Of a stretch of DNA of 64,000 bases, positions 38,164 to 52,053 are shown piece after piece. The notes under the pieces were generated by a model. The model had not been told where the DNA came from, ran no database searches, and worked only from the letters and a program-made list of their open reading frames with translations. The stretch comes from Squalus acanthias (Eukaryota), in the NCBI GenBank assembly GCA_030390025.1, contig CM059432.1, positions 47,370,001-47,434,000 on the forward strand, written 5' to 3'. How positions within the stretch are numbered: position 1 is the stretch's first letter; the number at the start of each line of letters is the position of its first letter. Both the position numbers and the translations under genes were made by a program.

Positions 38164-39105
38164 ATTTTTTTTTATTCGTTCCTGGGATGTGGGCAACACT
38201 GGCATAGCCAGCATTTATTGCCCATCCCTAATTGCCCTTGAGAAGGTGGTGGTGAGCTGCCTTCTTGAACCGTTGTAGTCAGTGTGGTGATGGTACTCCC
38301 ATAGTGCTGTTCGGTAGGGAGTTCCAGGATTTTGACCCAGCGAAGATGAAGGAACGGCGATATATTTCTAAGTCAGGATGGTGTGTAACTTGGAGGAGAT
38401 GGTGTTCCCATGCACCTGCAACCCTTGTCCTTCTAGGTGGTAGAGGTCACGGGTTTGGGAGGTGTTGTCAAAGAAGCCTTGGCGAGTTGCTGCAGTGCAT
38501 CTTGTAGATGGTGCACACTGCAGCCACGGTGCGCCGGTGGTGGAGGGAGTGAATGATGGGGTGCCAATCAAGCGGGCTGCTGTGTCCTGGGTGGTGTCGA
38601 GCTTCTTGAGTGTCATTAGAGCTGCACTTGTCCAGGCAAGTGGAGAGTATTCCATCACACTCCTGACTTATGCCTTGTAGATGGTGGAAAGGCTTTGGGG
38701 AGTCAGGAGGGGAGACACAGAATACCCAGCCTCTGACCTGGTCTTGTAACTACAGTATTTATGTGGCTGGTCCAGTTAAGTTTATGGTCAATGCTGACCC
38801 ACAGGATGTTGATGGTGGGGGATTTGGTGATGGTAATGCTGTTGAATGTCAAGGGGTGGTGGTTAGACTCTCTTGTCAGAGATAGTCATTGCCTGGCACT
38901 TGTGTGGTGCGAATGTTACTTGCCACTTTACAGCCCAAGCCTGAATGTCATCCAGATCTTGCTACATGTGGGCATGGAATGCTTCATTATCTGAGGAGTT
39001 GCGAATGGAACTGAACACTGTGCAGTCATCAGCGAACATCCCCACTTCTGACCTTATGATGGAGGGAAGGTCATTGATGAAGCAGCTGAAGATGGTTGGG
39101 CCTAG
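38164..39105 (-). mobile_element. Non-LTR retrotransposon 3' part inserted into a DeuSINE (SINE pieces at 38105-38163 and 39117-39420)
   Basis: MEYSPLAWTSAA..TLKKLD..Q..AARLIG; same family as 423-795. Confidence 0.8.
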
Positions 39106-39989
39106 ATAGTTTGGCTTTGGCTTTACAACCAATGAAGTAATTTGGAAGTGTAGTTGCTATTGTAATGTAGGAAACGCTGGAGCTAATTTCCATACAGCAA
39201 GCTCCCACAAATAAAACTGAAATAAATGACCAGATCATCTGTTTTATATGTTGGATGAGGAATAAATGTTAGCCAGGACACTGGGAGAACTCCTCTGCTC
39301 TTCTTCAGAATAGTGCTGTGGGACCTTTTATGTCCATCTGAGAAGGCAAACGGCACCTTGGTTTAACATCTCATCCGAAAGATGGCACCTACATCTGTGC
39401 ATAATTGCCTCAGTACTGAACCGCCGATTGAATATTCTATTCTACTATTTTGATTATGTTGTTCAAGATAGAGGAAGTCATGATCAAACTACATAGTGGT
39501 CTGGCCAGACTGTGTCTTATGTTTCATTTTACAGTGACTAGCACTGGACACAAAGGGGACATTCATGTGTTGGTGGCAGGCCAGAAAAGTGCCAGGAGAC
39601 TGATCCCTCGTGTTAAAGATTGGAAAGACTGAAGAAATTTGAAAGGAGGCATCGAGCTAAACAAGATAGTAAACTTTATGGAAAAAGAAAATCTGGAAAA
39701 ATTACCTTAAATTAAATTTCAAGAGCAGGACAAGGTTCAAACTACTAAAAAGCAAATTGAGGACTGATACTAGGAAGCTCCCCACACTGAGTGAGATCAA
39801 ATGGAATGCAGTCCAAAATAGAGTTGTGCAAATTAATACCCTAGAAATCATAGAATGATACAGCACAGAAGGCGGCCATTCGGCTCATCATGCCAGTTCA
39901 TGGTAGAGTTATCCAATTAATCCAATTCCCCAGCTCTTTCAAACTAATACGGGGGAGGGAGGGTTCAGATAAGGGTAAATTTATAAGTT

Positions 39990-42068
39990 TGAAGAGAAAA
40001 GTCAAGGCTGTAGAGCAGAGTAGCGATTTGGGTAAAATCAAGCAACTTGTGTCAGGAAGGGACAGAGCGATTAATAACGGTAATAGGGCATTAGCGACTA
40101 GGTCGTGATATCTGAATGCACAAAGCATTTGCAACAAGATAGATGAATTAATGGCACAAAGAGATAAATGGGTTTGATCTAGTAGCCATTACTGAGAAAT
40201 GGTTTCAGGGTAACCAAGGTTGGGAAATAAATATTCCAGGATACTTAACTTTTAGAAAAGATAGGCAAAATGGAAAAGGAGGTGGGGTAGCCCTGATAAT
40301 AAAAAATGAGATAAAGGCAGTAGAGAGAAAGGATCTTGGCCCAGAAAATCAGGATGTAGAATCAGTATGCGTGGAGCTAAGAAATAATAAAGGGCAGAAA
40401 ACACTGGTGGGAGTAGTTTCTAGGACCCCTAACAGTAATCAATGTTGGACAGAATATAAATCAGGAAATTAGGAGCATGTAACACAGGTAATGCAATAAT
40501 CATGGGGGACTTTAATCTTCATACAGACTGGGCAAACCAAATTGGCAAAGGTAGTTTGGAGGATGAGTTCATAGAATGAATTTGAGACAGTTTTCTAGAA
40601 TAATATGTCGAGGAACCAACTAGGGAACAGGCTATTTTAGATCTATTATTGTGTACAGAGACAGGGTTAATTAGTAATCTTATAGTAAAGGATCCTCTTG
40701 GGGAAGAGTGATCATAATATGGTAGTTTGAGAGTGTGAAACGAGAGTTTTAAACTTAAATAAAGCAAATTACACTGTTATGAGGGACAAGATAGAATTTC
40801 ATATTAAGTTTGACAGTGATGTGGTTAAGTACAAAAGTAGGGTCTTAAATTTAAACAAAGCCAATTACGGAGGTATGAGGGGCAAGTTGGCTGAGGTAGA
40901 TTGGGAAATTAGATTAAAAGATAGGATGGTAGATAAGCAATGGCAAACATTTAAAGAAATAATTCATAATTCTCAATGAATATACATTCCCTTGAGGAAT
41001 AAAACCTCCACTGGAAAAGTGGTACAGCTGTAGCTAACTAGAGAAGTTAAGGATAGTATTAGATTAAAAGAAGCTTATAATGTTGCAAAAAAGAGTAAGC
41101 CTGAGGATTGGGAGGGTTTTAAAAATCAGCAGAATATGACCAAGAGATTGATAAAGAGGGAGAAAATAGAATGAGAATAAATCAAGAAATATAAAAATAG
41201 ATTGCAAGAGCTTTTACAAGTGTGTAAAAAGGAAGAGATTAGTGAAAGTAAACATGGGTCCCTTAGAGGCAGAGACAGGAGAAATTATAATGGTGAATAA
41301 GGAAACGGTAAATAAATATTTTGTGTAGTACAGGACACAAAGAGACACCGGAAATTGTGGGGAACCAAGGGTCTAGCGAGAATGAGGAACTTAAAGTAAT
41401 TAATATTAGTAAAGAAAAAGTACTGGAAAAATTAATGGGACTAAAAACAGAAAAATCTCTTGGACCTGATAGCCTACACCCTAGGGTATTGAGAGGTGGC
41501 TGCAGAGATAGTGGATGCATTGGTTTTGATCTTCCAGTATTCCCTAGATTCTAGAATGGTCCCCATGGATTGGAAAGTTGCAAATGTAACCCCACTGTTC
41601 AAGAAAGGAGGGAGAGAGAAAACAGGGAACTATAGGCCAGCTAGCCTGACATCAGTAGTAGGGAAAATGCTAGAATCTATTATTAAGGATGTGGTAACAG
41701 GGCACTTGAAAAATCACAGTAAGATTAGGCAGAGTCAATGCGATTTTATGAAAGGGAAAGTGTTTGACCAATCTATTCAAGCTTTTTGAGGATGTAACTA
41801 GCAGGGTAGATAAGGGGGAACCAGTGGATGTAGTATATTTAGATTTTCAGAAGACATTCGATAAGGTGCTACACAGGAGGTTGCTACACAAGATTAGGGC
41901 TCATCGTATTGGGGGTAATATATTAGCATGTATTGAGGATTGGTTAACGGGCAGAAAACAGAGAGCAGGAATAAATGGGTAATTTTAGAGATGGTAGGGT
42001 GTGTATATAGTGGAGTGCCGCAAGGATTAGTGCTTGGGCCTCAACTATTTACAATCTATATCAATGAC
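39990..42068 (+). mobile_element. Long decayed CR1 including APE endonuclease and RT N-terminal part
   Basis: YLNAQSICNKIDEL, AITEKW, RKDRQNGKGGGVAL, IIMGDFN, YLDFQKTFDKV; many stops and frameshifts. Confidence 0.92.
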
Positions 42069-42541
42069 GTTAAGCTGGCTAGCCTGTAGTTGCCGGGTTT
42101 ATCCCTCATCCTTTTTTAAATAAAAAACAGGGGTGTAATATTTGCAATCCTCCAGTTCTCTGGCACCACCCCCATATTTAAGGAGGATTGGAAGATTGTG
42201 GCCAGAGCCTCTGTAATTTCAACCCATTTAAGAAAGAATTGGAGGGACTGTAGGGCCTGTTACAAGTGGATTACATCACCATGGAATATTTTCCATACTT
42301 TGTGTTTCTTCTACAATATTGTGAAAAAGTAAAAATACTTTTGCACTCATGTCTGGTATTTATTTTCTTGAAGCTAGACAAATAAGGGATAATGCTGGAT
42401 GACTGGCTTAAACCAGATCCAGTTACTATGGTGCATCAATAAGTCCAAGTACCCAATTATTCAAATAGTATGCAGGACTTGTTTTATGTCATAAAATCCC
42501 CGAGAGTTGTATGAATACTCAAGCGCCATAGTGATCGGTTA

Positions 42542-42830
42542 TGACGAAAGGTCATCGACCTGAAATGTTAATTCTGTTTCTCTCTCTACAGATGCTGCCT
42601 GACCTGCTGAGTATCCCCAGCATTTTTTGTTTTTATTTCAGATTTCCAGCATCCACAGTATTTTGCCATAAGTCAACACTGTAAGAACATAAGAAATAGG
42701 AGCAGGAGTAGGCCATTTGGCCCCTCGAGCCTGCTCCGCCATTCAATAAGATCATGGCTGATCTTCTACCTCAACTCCACTTTCCTGCACTATCCCCATA
42801 TCCCTTCATTCCCTTAATATCCAAAAATCA
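42542..42830. mobile_element. Penelope-type terminal-repeat fragment (42542-42667, +) next to a CR1 3' tail (42683-42830, -)
   Basis: Homology to 5199-5315 and to 58081-58220. Confidence 0.75.
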
Positions 42831-42847
42831 TGTAGCTAGCATGACTA

Positions 42848-43135
<288 letters not shown>

Positions 43136-44732
43136 TTAAAAACAAGCAAATTTTCACAAATCAAAAATAAATTAGATAAGACAAGGTCACATTAGTGCTG
43201 TGTTTAAATATTGTTACTTGCAATGATCAAGCATATGAAATATATACAAATTAAAAGATAGCTACATGCTTTTGAAAAAAATGCGTTTGAGGCATTCTGA
43301 CATCCCACAAATTTATGGGGGATTCTCCTCTTCAGTTAAGCCAAGTGAGAAGCTGTTCAGCTGATGCCACTTCTGGGATTTTCCACAGGAAGTGGTGTAG
43401 GATAAACAATACATCGCCCAATTATGGGCAGACACATTAGAAGATGCAAAAGACAGGATGATGTCACTTGCATCTTGGCAATGCTGATCACAGGTGCACT
43501 GGTATTTCTTACATCCAGTGTGGCAAAGGCACAAATAACAGGAAATGCATCCTACGATATCAGCCTGTCATTTATATTTCATGTTAATTTGCCTCCCTGT
43601 ATTTGGGCAGAGATAGGATATACCCACCGTTAATTCTGGTGGAAATCAGATGGCGTATTAAACTTCACATCAACATTTATCAGGTCACCTCTTGCTGGCG
43701 AATGAATGAGGTGCCAGAGGCCTGCCAGTACTTGTAAAATCATACCTTGTATTAGTTTGTGTGTGAGAGGGGGCAAGAGAAAAAAAGAAATCATTGCAAT
43801 AAAGGAAGCTCTGGTGATTTATAACTGACATCGGGACTCCTACTCGATCATTTTATTCATTTTTTAAAAACTTGCCAGAAAGGGGTGACATGATAAATGT
43901 CAATGTGAAGTGTGATCTAATTCTATCTACAGTGAATTAATGATTGAGGTAATTCACCACAAGTTTATTGAGCAACAATCAACAGGTGCATTTTCTGTCC
44001 TGTGTACATATTCCTGTTTCAAGCTCCCTTTGTCTAAATACAAAATACCGTTTTTATCTTGATGATTGAATTTTATCTTATCACACCATTACTATTAGAG
44101 TTTACAACTGAAATTAAACAATTTAGAAAATGAATTTTGTCAATCTTTTATTGTACTTTATCCATATGCAAACATAACAATCAGATATACACCTAGAGAA
44201 TGTTGAATCATGTCTAGGAGAAAGCACCGACTTTACGGACAGATATTCTATCGAAAAAGCAGACTGAACAGAGATGTTTTAAATGTAAACTGCCTGCTGC
44301 ACCAGGGTAAATTTTTCCACTGTGGCCTCTAAACGAGATTGACACAAGTGAGAAGTGCTGTTGAGCCCTTATCTTATGCCCGTCAGCAACTGTATTAGAA
44401 TGGTCCAAACACATTTTATACATATGACTCTTCTGGGCTGAAAGGAGGAGTCTTCAATCACATCACTCTGGGTTGGAGTTCCCAAAACTGTATGCAATAC
44501 TGTAGCTGTGATCTATTTAAGGTCTTGTACAAGTTTAACAATATCTCCTTGTTGCTGTATCTCTAAATACAAAACCGAGGATTCGGTTTCCCTTTATATG
44601 GCCTAATGTACTTATGCTACCAACTTTAATGAGCTGCACAAAGTCTCTCTGCTCCTATACACCATTTAAAATCTTACCATCTAAAAAGGTGTATGTATGT
44701 CCTTTCCAGATTCTTATTTCCAAAATCTATTA

Positions 44733-45087
44733 CAGGAAACTCTTTGGTATCCGGCACCGACGGGACCGGGATGGTGCCAGTTGATTAAAAATTCCGGATA
44801 ACGGAGAGGTATATCTAACAAGGCTATTTTTAACAAACAAAAATAAAAAAATCAAGAAATGTGCAGTATAATTGGGTACTCCCCTACAGAATGTTGTGTT
44901 AAATGGATGGTGGAAGATGCTTGATTAAATACAGTAATGCCAGTTGAGGGTAATCCATAACTCTTTAATTACTTAACAGTAAAACAAAACTTATAAACGA
45001 CTGTATACTGTAGTTTTCGGAGTATGAATTCTGCCGGTTATTAGAGAGTTCCGGATATTTAGGTGCCGTTTAAACGAGAGTTTCCTG
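44733..45087. mobile_element. Tc1/mariner Tigger/pogo-like MITE inside an old CR1 fragment (about 44450-45170)
   Basis: TIR caggaaactct / agagtttcctg; TA on the left and CA on the right; subterminal ccggata repeats. Confidence 0.7.
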
Positions 45088-45521
45088 CACTTCACATTTT
45101 TCTACATTGAACTACATCTGCCACCTATCTGTTCATCTATCCTGCAATTTTCCTACAATATCACAATTTGCCAGTCAGAAAATGAGAAATATCATAATTA
45201 TGGAAAAAAATTACCACAGCTAAACTTCAAAATGTTTACCTGCTCGCTCCTTATTCATCCATTTTCTATTGATCTGCCTAATGATTCATCATAGATGCAG
45301 TTTGATATGTTGTAGTCAATAAACCCATTCAGCAGATTCATAGTAGTCCTGCTCCTTCCCAACCCACATATATACATACAGAAGACATACATATACAAAG
45401 AGGATCTTTAAAAAATACCACTATATTATGGAGATAATTTACACAAATGCAAATGCTTCATATTCCAGCATTTCAGTTTTATTTCATATTTCTAGTATCT
45501 GTGTTTTTTCTTTATACTCAC

Positions 45522-45655
45522 GGAAGCTGTCGGCTGCTGTGCTGCTGCAGCTGCATATCTTGCCATGTTGTTTATTAGGGGAGAGAAGTTTGTTGGTCCA
45601 TAGAGTCTGACTTGAGGAAGACAGTTGCGGTAGGCATCCACAATTCCTTGTACTC
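45522..45655 (-). CDS. CPNE3: Copine B exon: (G)[44 protein letters not shown]
   Basis: 134 nt, ttgttag acceptor, gtgagt donor; LYGPTNF motif. Confidence 0.95.
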
Positions 45656-45777
45656 CTAACAAACACAAATTGGTAAAAGATATTTACTGAAGACAACCTG
45701 GCATGGTTACATTTTTAGCTTAATTCTAAATATTTCACTCCCATAATTGAGCTCTTATTCTCTACAAACCATACTAT

Positions 45778-47530
45778 GGGCTGGATTTTTTCCAACCTCA
45801 GTGGGTCCGGGGCGGGCGATGTCCGTGGCGTGTGGGGACCCCGCATCTGTCTTGATCCCGGCCTCCAACAAGATTTTCTATTGATGGGGCTGGTTAAGCC
45901 TGCCCTGCGAGGTTCCTGGCCAATTAATAGGAAGCGGGTCTGTTGACGTCATTTGATGTTGCGTCGTCAGCTGGTTTTCTTAAAGGGACCATGTCCACAA
46001 TCATTTTGACAGTTGTGCTGTCACTTCTGCAGCATTGAGGTGCATGGCTGCACCCAGGCTCTCCCATGACCCCCTCCATATGCTTATGGAGGGAGTCACA
46101 GCACGCAGGGAGGTTCTCTTCCCTTCCAATGGGTGGAAGAGACCTCCCCAGGAGACCAATGCAGCCTGGTTGTACGTTACACAGGAGGGCACAAGCAGGG
46201 ATGTCGTCAGGAGGACCAGGCTGCAGTGGTGCAAACCTTTCAATGATCAAGTTGGATTCAAAACTGGCTCGGAGACAGGAAGCAGAGGGTAATGGTTGAT
46301 GGGTGTTTTTGTGACTGGAAGGCTCAGTACTAGGTCCCTTGCTTTTTGTGGTATATATCAACGATCTAGACTTGAATATAGGGGGTATGATTAAGAAGTT
46401 TGCAGATGATAGTAGAATCGGCTGTGTGGTTGATACTGAAGAAGGAAGCTGTAGACTGCAGGAAGATATCAATAAATTGGTCAGGTGGGCAGAACAGTGG
46501 CAAATGGAATTCAATCCTGAGAAGTGTGAGGTAATGCATTTGGGGAGGGTTAACAAGGAAAGGGAATACACATTAAATGGTAGGACACTGAGTAGTGTAG
46601 AGGAACAAAGGGACCTTGGAGTGCATGTCCACAGATCCCTGAAGGTAGCAGAGCAAGTAGATAAGGTGGTTAAGAAGGCATACGGAATGCTTGCCTTTAT
46701 TAGCCGTGGCATAGAATATAAGAGCAGGGGGGTTATACTTCAACTGTATAAAACACTAGTTAGGCCTCAGCTAGAGTACTGCGTGCAGTTCTGGTCACCA
46801 CATTACAGGAAAGATGTGATTGCACTAGAGAGGGTACAGAGGAGATTTACAAGGATGTTGCCGGGAGTAGAGAATCTTAGCTATGAGGAAAGACTGGATA
46901 GGCTGGGTCTGTTTTCCTTGGAACAGAGGAGGCTGAGGGGAGACCTTATTGAGGTGTATAAAATTATGAGGGGCACAGATAAAGTGGATACAGAGGAACT
47001 ATTTCCCTTAGCAGAGGGGTCAAAAACCAGGGGGCACAGATTTAAAGTAATTGGGGGAAGGTTTAGAGGGGATTTGAGGGGAAATTTCTTCACCCAGAGG
47101 GTTGTGGGGGTCTGGAACTCACTGCCTGAAAGGGTGGTAGAGACAGGAACCCTAACCACATTTAAAAAGTACTTGGATGTGCACTTGGGATGCTCTAACC
47201 TGCAGGGCTACGGACCAAGAGCTGGGAAGTGGGATTAGGCTGAATAGCTCTTTGTTGGCCAGTGTGGACACGGTGGGCTGAAATGGCCTCCTTCCGTGCT
47301 GTAACTTTCTATGATTCTATCTCATTAGATCACGAAATGTTACTCCAAAGCCACGCTCAGCCTCATCCTGCTGTGCCACTCATCACCTCCCTATCACTCT
47401 GCCTTCCCTACCCTACTCCTGCACATCCTTACTCACACCAACTCACCTTACACCTCCACCCATCCCTCTCTATCTACATTATCACTTCCCCATCTCACTA
47501 GCCACCCCTCACACTCACCCTCATCTTTCC
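45778..47530 (+). mobile_element. PIF/Harbinger remnant with Myb/SANT-like ORF, split by a CR1
   Basis: TIR-like gggctggatttt; AAPRLSHDPLHMLMEGVTARREVLFP...AW....VVRRTRLQWCKPFND resumes as LIRSR at 47321. Confidence 0.75.
46247..47320 (+). mobile_element. Young CR1 LINE 3' part with an open 299-aa RT C-terminal frame
   Basis: [23 protein letters not shown]; tail ttctatgattctat. Confidence 0.95.
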
Positions 47531-47783
47531 AGGCTTTCTTAAAGTTTATAGTTCAAGGCCAAAGTCTAGGCTCTGACAGGATATTTTTATCTCTAGAATA
47601 ATGGAAGAAAGTTTGAAACTACATCTGTGCATTCTGAGCGTGTGAAAGTGGCAAAATTGCATTTTGCATCAATAGGTTTCTGAGAGTTGACGTAGAAGGA
47701 TCTCTCCTTGTCTTGAGGTTGAGAGTACTTTTGTTCCCCCCCCCCCCCACCAAAATAGATTTAAGACAAACTGGAAATTAGGT

Positions 47784-47902
47784 GTCAGCCTCAGCTCAGT
47801 AGTAGAACTCTTGAGACAGAAGGTTGTAGATTCAAGCCCCACTCCCAAGAACTTGAGCACAATCTCACCTGACACTTCAGTGCAGTACTGAGGGAGTGCT
47901 GG
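47784..47902 (+). mobile_element. DeuSINE 5' (tRNA-like) fragment followed by an old CR1 tail
   Basis: Homologous to the head of 37115-37553. Confidence 0.65.
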
Positions 47903-49201
47903 ACAGAGAGCAGGAGATAACTCTCTGTTTAAAACAAAAAGTATGAAGCTGTGAAATACACTACTAAAGTTAGTGATCGAAGCAGAGACTATGTCAACAT
48001 TTAAAAACAGGCTAGATAGGTGGTTGAAAGAAAGGGGGAAATAAAGAGATATGGGAACAAAGAGGGCACATGGCATTGGAGCTACTGTTCACATGGAGGA
48101 TAAATACCATCACAGCCTGGTTGTGACGAACAGCCTGTTTGTGTTTTAATTTCCATGTAATTCTATGCAGTCTTGCAACATGTATAATATGGAATGTATT
48201 GTGACAACACCATCATTCATGAGCAACTTGGAGCTTAAAATAGAAACTGCCAACTACCCTGAAGCACAATAGAACGTCAGAAATGTCCCCTTTTCAAAAT
48301 ATTCACTTAATCAAACCTATGAAACTACAACTTCAATAAAATAGAGCTGTTCAAGTCTGAACACCAAGGGAAACTTTTAACAACCAGCACTACTGCATTC
48401 TCCAACTGCCAAAAGCCAACCACTTCCTCAAGAATCTGTGGCTCCCAACAAATTTTGAGGCAATACATCCTACTTTACATCACATAAAACAAAAATTTGT
48501 CACAGAGTTTAACAAACAGAAAAAGAAGTGCTCTGAAAGTATTTTCTCTTCTTCTGTAAAAGTACTCAGTTGACTTCCTCTCATATTTTTCTCTGTGGAC
48601 AGTGTCGGACTTGCACTACACACCTCCCTGTGGTAGTATGGTTAAGAATGGAAACTCAGCCTGGGGGGGGGGGCGCGGGCGGGGTTACAAAACTGGAGCC
48701 TGGGGCTCCAATAGACTGAGCTGACAAGTTTTTTTTTTAATTCTTAAAATGTAAAATACTTCAATGTCTGAGTATGCCGACTTCTTCATTCACTCATTAG
48801 CAAATATTATAATAGACTCCATTCCACACACTCAGGCAAGCTTCAGTTGGAGGAAAAATTACATTAGAACAATATTGAGGCAGATTGCATTGATACTTTG
48901 TTTTCTCACCTGAAAAATGCACATGAAAGTCATACTGCTTATGGTATGACATTTTTCCTGCCTTGCAGTGCTTCAGTTGTCAGTTAATACAAGCAATGGA
49001 GTCAATGATCTGGTATTTGATTAGTCACACACAAGTCAGTTTTTTTTGCGGGAGGTGAGAGGGAGAAGAATTCATTCATTGAGTAATTTTGCAGTCTATA
49101 AATATCTTTGCTCTTTGTTTTCTAATTTAGAAACAATTATAGCACATATTACCCTGTCTGATTCAAGGTGCATTTTTCTTGCCCCCTTACGCTGCTATTA
49201 T

Positions 49202-50075
49202 GGGGGGAATTTTAACCCCCAAAAATGGGTGGGTTGGGGTCAGGTGGGAGGTTAAAGAGTAAAGAAGCTGAATTCAGTCCCCAACCTGCCCACTTCTGGT
49301 TTTAACGGAGGCGGGGCAGACAGCCAACTCACTGCCAAGAGGCGGGTCGCCCATTCAAATATTATAAATGAGGCTTCGTGCCTCATAGTGATCCACCATT
49401 ACAAATTTAACTCAGGCCTCGGGGAACCAGACAGCTGAAGTAAGGTGAGGACTGCTGGATTCAGGATGCAAGTGCTTTTACACTTACCTGCTGGATCCGG
49501 CATCCTTGCCTCACCCACTGCCCGCGATCGGAGACCCCCGCCCCCGGCGGTCGGATCCCCCCCACCCCCAGGACTCTGATTTCACCCCCTCCCCCACACA
49601 AGGCCTCCGGTCGCCTTTTCCTGGCCTCCCCCCTCTGGCCCCAATGCTCCTCCGACCCTACCACCCCTCCAATCCTTCTCCGGCCCCGATTCATATCCCC
49701 CCGATGCTCCTCCAGCCCCTGACCAGCCCGCCCCCACCCTCCCCCCGATGCAACTCAGACCCCGACCACCACCCCCCAATCGCCTTCCCAGTCTCTCCCC
49801 TCCAGCCCAATGCTCCTCCGGCACCCAACCACCCTCCCCCCACCCGCTCCTCTAGCCTCCCCCCTCCAGCCGCCAACCATCCCCCACCCTCGATCCCTCC
49901 TTCCTCTCTGTGGCCTAGTGCCACTGGCCTACCCACCCACAGTCAGCCAGCCTCTCCATCTATCTGGCTGCGGGTGGGAAACAGAGGTTTGAAATGTTAA
50001 TCAAGCCCTGCGGAAAACCAGTTCTCCCAGGTTTCCTGCCTGCTTTCGACCCGCCTCCAGATTAAAATTCCAGCC
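49202..50075 (+). mobile_element. Harbinger-type MITE with C-rich interior
   Basis: TIR ggggggaatttt / aaaattccagcc, TSD TAT. Confidence 0.75.
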
Positions 50076-50672
50076 TATAATATTTAAACAAGTGCTACAT
50101 TATAATTTTTTTTCCCACTGGGTGATTGAATAGGCTTCTTGTTATGTGCCAATTATTGTTGCTAAAAGGCTTTTGTAGTGTTCCTAGAAGCAGAAACTGG
50201 ATGCTGCAACAATATAATTTAAATTAAGTCCCAGATATGTAAAGATTTTCAACTCTTAATTTAAAAAAAAGAGGGTAGCCTGGAGCATTGTATTTTTCTT
50301 CAGCGGTGTTCAGTTTTCAAAAAAAAGTTAATTCAAAACGATTACAAAAGCTAGGATTTTTTGAATGTTCTATGTACAAACACTTTGTAAATCCAGTTTA
50401 GTGTTTATTGTGTTATAGAAATAGTGAGAATAATGTCCCTCCCTTCAGCTTGGCAGTAACACAGGTAGGATCAGCAACTTGTTAATTCAGTGAAGTCCAG
50501 GTAGAAAACAGAGTGAAAATTGACACTGTAACCTTGCTAGTCCAATCCATGACATGCATAAATGTGCCAAGTTAGGATCAAGGTTGTTTCTAATTATGTA
50601 TTTTCACTATTCCCAAAATCCATGACTGACTATTTTCAACCCAGTATTATACATTTTTGCACAATTCCATAC

Positions 50673-50724
50673 CTGCACAGAATGGGTTGTCAGGGTTGAA
50701 GTTAATTGAAAATTCATGTGAAAC
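50673..50724 (-). CDS. CPNE3: Copine B exon: VSHEFSINFNPDNPFCA(G)
   Basis: 52 nt after a 97-nt intron; ttttag acceptor, gtatgg donor. Confidence 0.94.
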
Positions 50725-50821
50725 CTAAAAGGGGAAAAAGATGTTGTATAATATGATTTGAAATCAAAGGTGTATATATATTTTTAAAAATCTTTCATGT
50801 AACTGTTCTATATTTATTTAC

Positions 50822-50876
50822 CTGCCACTTAGGGGGTATCTGTGCACCAAATCCCAACACTGGGAACATCTTGTCT
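50822..50876 (-). CDS. CPNE3: Copine B exon: (T)DKMFPVLGFGAQIPPKWQ
   Basis: 55 nt, tttacag acceptor, gtaaat donor; phase matches the previous exon. Confidence 0.94.
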
Positions 50877-51359
50877 CTGTAAAGAAGCAAGTGGCAGCAT
50901 GTGAATCAGACATCTGGCAGGAGAGCAAACATTAATATTTCCTCGTTTATTTTATACACTATGATTTTTCACTTGTATTAGGAAAAATACTAATTATTCA
51001 TAGAACAGTTCTGGAACTGCTCACAAAAGATGACAGAAGTGGTACAATGAGTTGTGGTGCTACAGAATGATGCAACACTCATGCTATAACTTTACAGTCC
51101 CAGTGATGTCTTTGTCGGTAATCTCCAGTGGAGCTAGAGTGGGAGAAGGGAGGGAATAAGTGTCACTCCAGCAGACTCTTGTGAATTTCTTCGTAGGAAG
51201 TTCCTAGGAGCAATAGTTTTTTTTTAAAATATAAAAACACAACAGGAAGAGCATGCATTTTGTATTTTCCTGTTTGTATTTTATATAACTAGCAGATATC
51301 CCATGGCGTTATTCACAGCAAGCCAAAGGTTTGCATTTTCTTAAAGGACAGAACACAGT

Positions 51360-52053
51360 GGCCCTGAAATCGCGGTCTCCATGACTGTGTATGCTGGTCA
51401 TAAGCCTTGGGTTTCCACATGCGCTGTGTATGCGCGAAAACCCGGAATTTGCTATCTGACAGATCGTCCGCCTGCGACCCAAAAACACTTCGCTGACGCA
51501 GAGTTGAGCTATTTGCCCAACTACTGCCCAGCAAATGCCCACAAAACCCTTACGCCTGGTAAAAGCAGGCATAGGGCCTGCTTTTACCAGCGTAAGGGTT
51601 AATATAAAATGTTAAATTAAAACATACACAAACACTTAAAAATTAGTTTATGTAAATTTTGGCCCAGATTAAAATGTTTAAAATTATTTTTCAAAAAATT
51701 AAATTTTTATTTTAAATACTTCATTAAAGGGACATTTAATTAATTTTGAAAATGGGAACATTTATTTTTATTCCAGTTGTGTAAATTATTTATTTGGGGA
51801 TTCTGTTTGTAAATGGAATTCCCATAAGCATAATAGGAATCCTCCTTTCTGATTGGAGGACCTGGCCCACGTGATCCCAGGGACACTTGCAAACCGCCTG
51901 CATCCCTGGGATCCGTGGGCCTTTACGCAGGTGTCTGTCTGCAGGCCCAAGACCCAAAGACTCCGAAGCCTGGGAACCAGCAGGTTGGTTCGTATTTTTT
52001 TTCAGGTCGGTGGCGTACACCGGAGGTAGGCCTCTGACTGCAAATTTCAGCCC
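51360..52053 (+). mobile_element. Harbinger-type MITE
   Basis: TIR ggccctgaaatc / aaatttcagccc; shares ggtaaaagcaggc...gcctgcttttacc hairpin and ggcccacgtgatccc with 24083-24766. Confidence 0.8.
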
